Under the pieces are notes generated by a model. The model was not told where the DNA came from. It was given only the letters and a program-made list of their open reading frames with translations, and searched no databases. A DNA stretch of 64,000 nt. It comes from Novakomyces olei. Taxonomy: Eukaryota. Made by a program: the position numbers and the translations under genes. Numbering within the stretch: position 1 is the stretch's first letter; each line of letters opens with the position of its first letter. The DNA is taken from positions 310,001 to 374,000 of the forward strand of contig JADEYG010000009.1 of NCBI GenBank assembly GCA_016906335.1. The letters run 5' to 3'. Shown piece after piece: positions 62,541 through 64,000 of the stretch.

Positions 62541-64000
62541 ATGGCTTCTTTGCCAGACGAGTTGCAAGCGCCTCAGCCCCACTCGCCTCCGAGCGTTGTG
62601 GCAGCGTCACAGACACTTATTGAGTGGACAATTGCAGCCAAAAGAGCACTGCAGACGGCGGAGCAGCAATGCTCACGGGCAAACACGCGAATGCTCTCGG
62701 CGTGTTCCACACTGTACGTCATTCACGGCGGAGCTGATGAGGACAATGATGACGTAATGCGAGTGCCCAAAGTCGCTGTTGAAGGCGAAAATTTGCCGCT
62801 TGAAAAGCAGGAGGAGCTTTTCACGCGGTCGCAGTTAGCGGACGTATCGGCCTTTGATAATAATCGCAAGATAATCGAGCACAGTCTGGCCGAAATACAC
62901 GCGACGTTACGCGACGCAGATTCACGGTTACGCGCGTGCGATGACGCGTTTGAGCGTGAGATTTCTAAACTCGATTCTCACGATCTCGAGCTGAACGAGT
63001 CGCTGGGCGCTTTGAAGGCAATCTATGTCGCTCCAGAATTAGGGTTAATCTCTGCCAGTTCTGCCGGCAATAATAATAGCTATGGCGCTAATAACGGTTC
63101 TGCCAGCAGCGGCAATAATAACTATGGCGCCAAGCACAGCTCGAGGCCGTCGGCGGGTAAACGTGCTCTGTACTCGTTTGTGGACGACGAGGGAATAGAA
63201 ACGCTAAAGGCACAGATGAGACACGCTATTGACGCAGCAGAATCTCTGCACGACTCTGCCGCTGCAAATCTACACGACTGGCAGCAAAAAGCCAATGCTC
63301 AAGTCTTGGAAGCTGACGCAGTTCCTCGTGCTCCACTGCTGGAGATTCCCTTTGTCTCAGAGGCTCCAGTGGATGATAACTGTGTATTGCAAATGGACGC
63401 CCACGCTCATTCTATGGCTGATCTGCTGACACAACTGGCAAACCATTACGGACAGTGCGTATTTGCTCTCAAGGAGATGGAGCGACTGGATCCTGAGGCG
63501 CAAATAGAATTGCGAGAAGTTTTGGCCCGCGATACTGAGGAATTGGATGCTATACTGGAAGAGCTGCAAATACGCTTGGAGGAGGTGGAGGCAATGGCTC
63601 AGGCTGCTGATGAATACAGAGGCAAATACACCAGCGTAGCAAGGATGCTCGCACAGAAAACAGAGACGATTCATTACTTTGTCACCCACGAACTTTGCTC
63701 TGTACTGACACGCGTGAAGGCGTACGAGGAGGAGATTCAGGGTCTGATCCTTAATGTCCAGGACATGGAGGCAAATCTGATTGATCTAACGCAGCACTAC
63801 CGCCAATTTGCACACGCATATGACGCATTATTGAGCGAAGTCGACAGGCGCAACAGAGCCCAAGCGCAGTTGCGGCAGTATGCGGAACAGGCTAAAGCCA
63901 GTTTGGCTTCTTTTGCCCAGGGTAAGATTTGGGATTGGCCTTGTATACTATTGCCCTTTATTTACTAGTCGTAAACTATTTTTTTCGCTCTATCTCACAG
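62541..64000 (+). CDS. ATG17: Autophagy scaffold Atg17, truncated by the right edge of the window (intron 63922-64000)
   Basis: WTIAAKRAL..A...CSRAN, LYSFVDDEGIETLK, MADLLTQLANHYGQC and YDALLSEVDRR match the APG17 family. GTAAGA donor at 63922 and CAG acceptor at the window end. Confidence 0.85.

Overview
Gene-dense, intron-containing fungal (ascomycete) chromosomal window. The compact Schizosaccharomyces-like Argonaute and the short introns with CTAAC-type branch points suggest Taphrinomycotina, which is an inference. I reconstruct 22 protein-coding genes, most of them spliced: MEMO1, MIC60, RIC8, SLC1, a STE6/mam1-type ABC exporter, an ENT nucleoside transporter, Rab5, IKS1 kinase, Argonaute, a TALE homeobox factor, CBC2, NUP82, an Sfp-type PPTase, ESF2, RSM10, NDK, SMC3, COQ11, an orphan alpha-helical protein, a BEM2-like RasGEF-PH-RhoGAP, a CBM21 PP1-targeting subunit and ATG17. 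Many microsatellites lie in introns and promoters. The main discovery is in the ~3.8 kb gap between Argonaute and the homeobox gene. It holds a + strand CTAACCCTAAC telomere-template-like sequence (23702-23712) directly after a long-range helix that resembles a template boundary element. This is followed by more than 2.5 kb of nested helices with G-U pairs, so it is a strong candidate for an unannotated and unusually long telomerase RNA gene. Its pseudoknot, CR4/5 domain and exact ends could not be fixed by eye. No tRNA, rRNA, CRISPR array or transposon was recognised.
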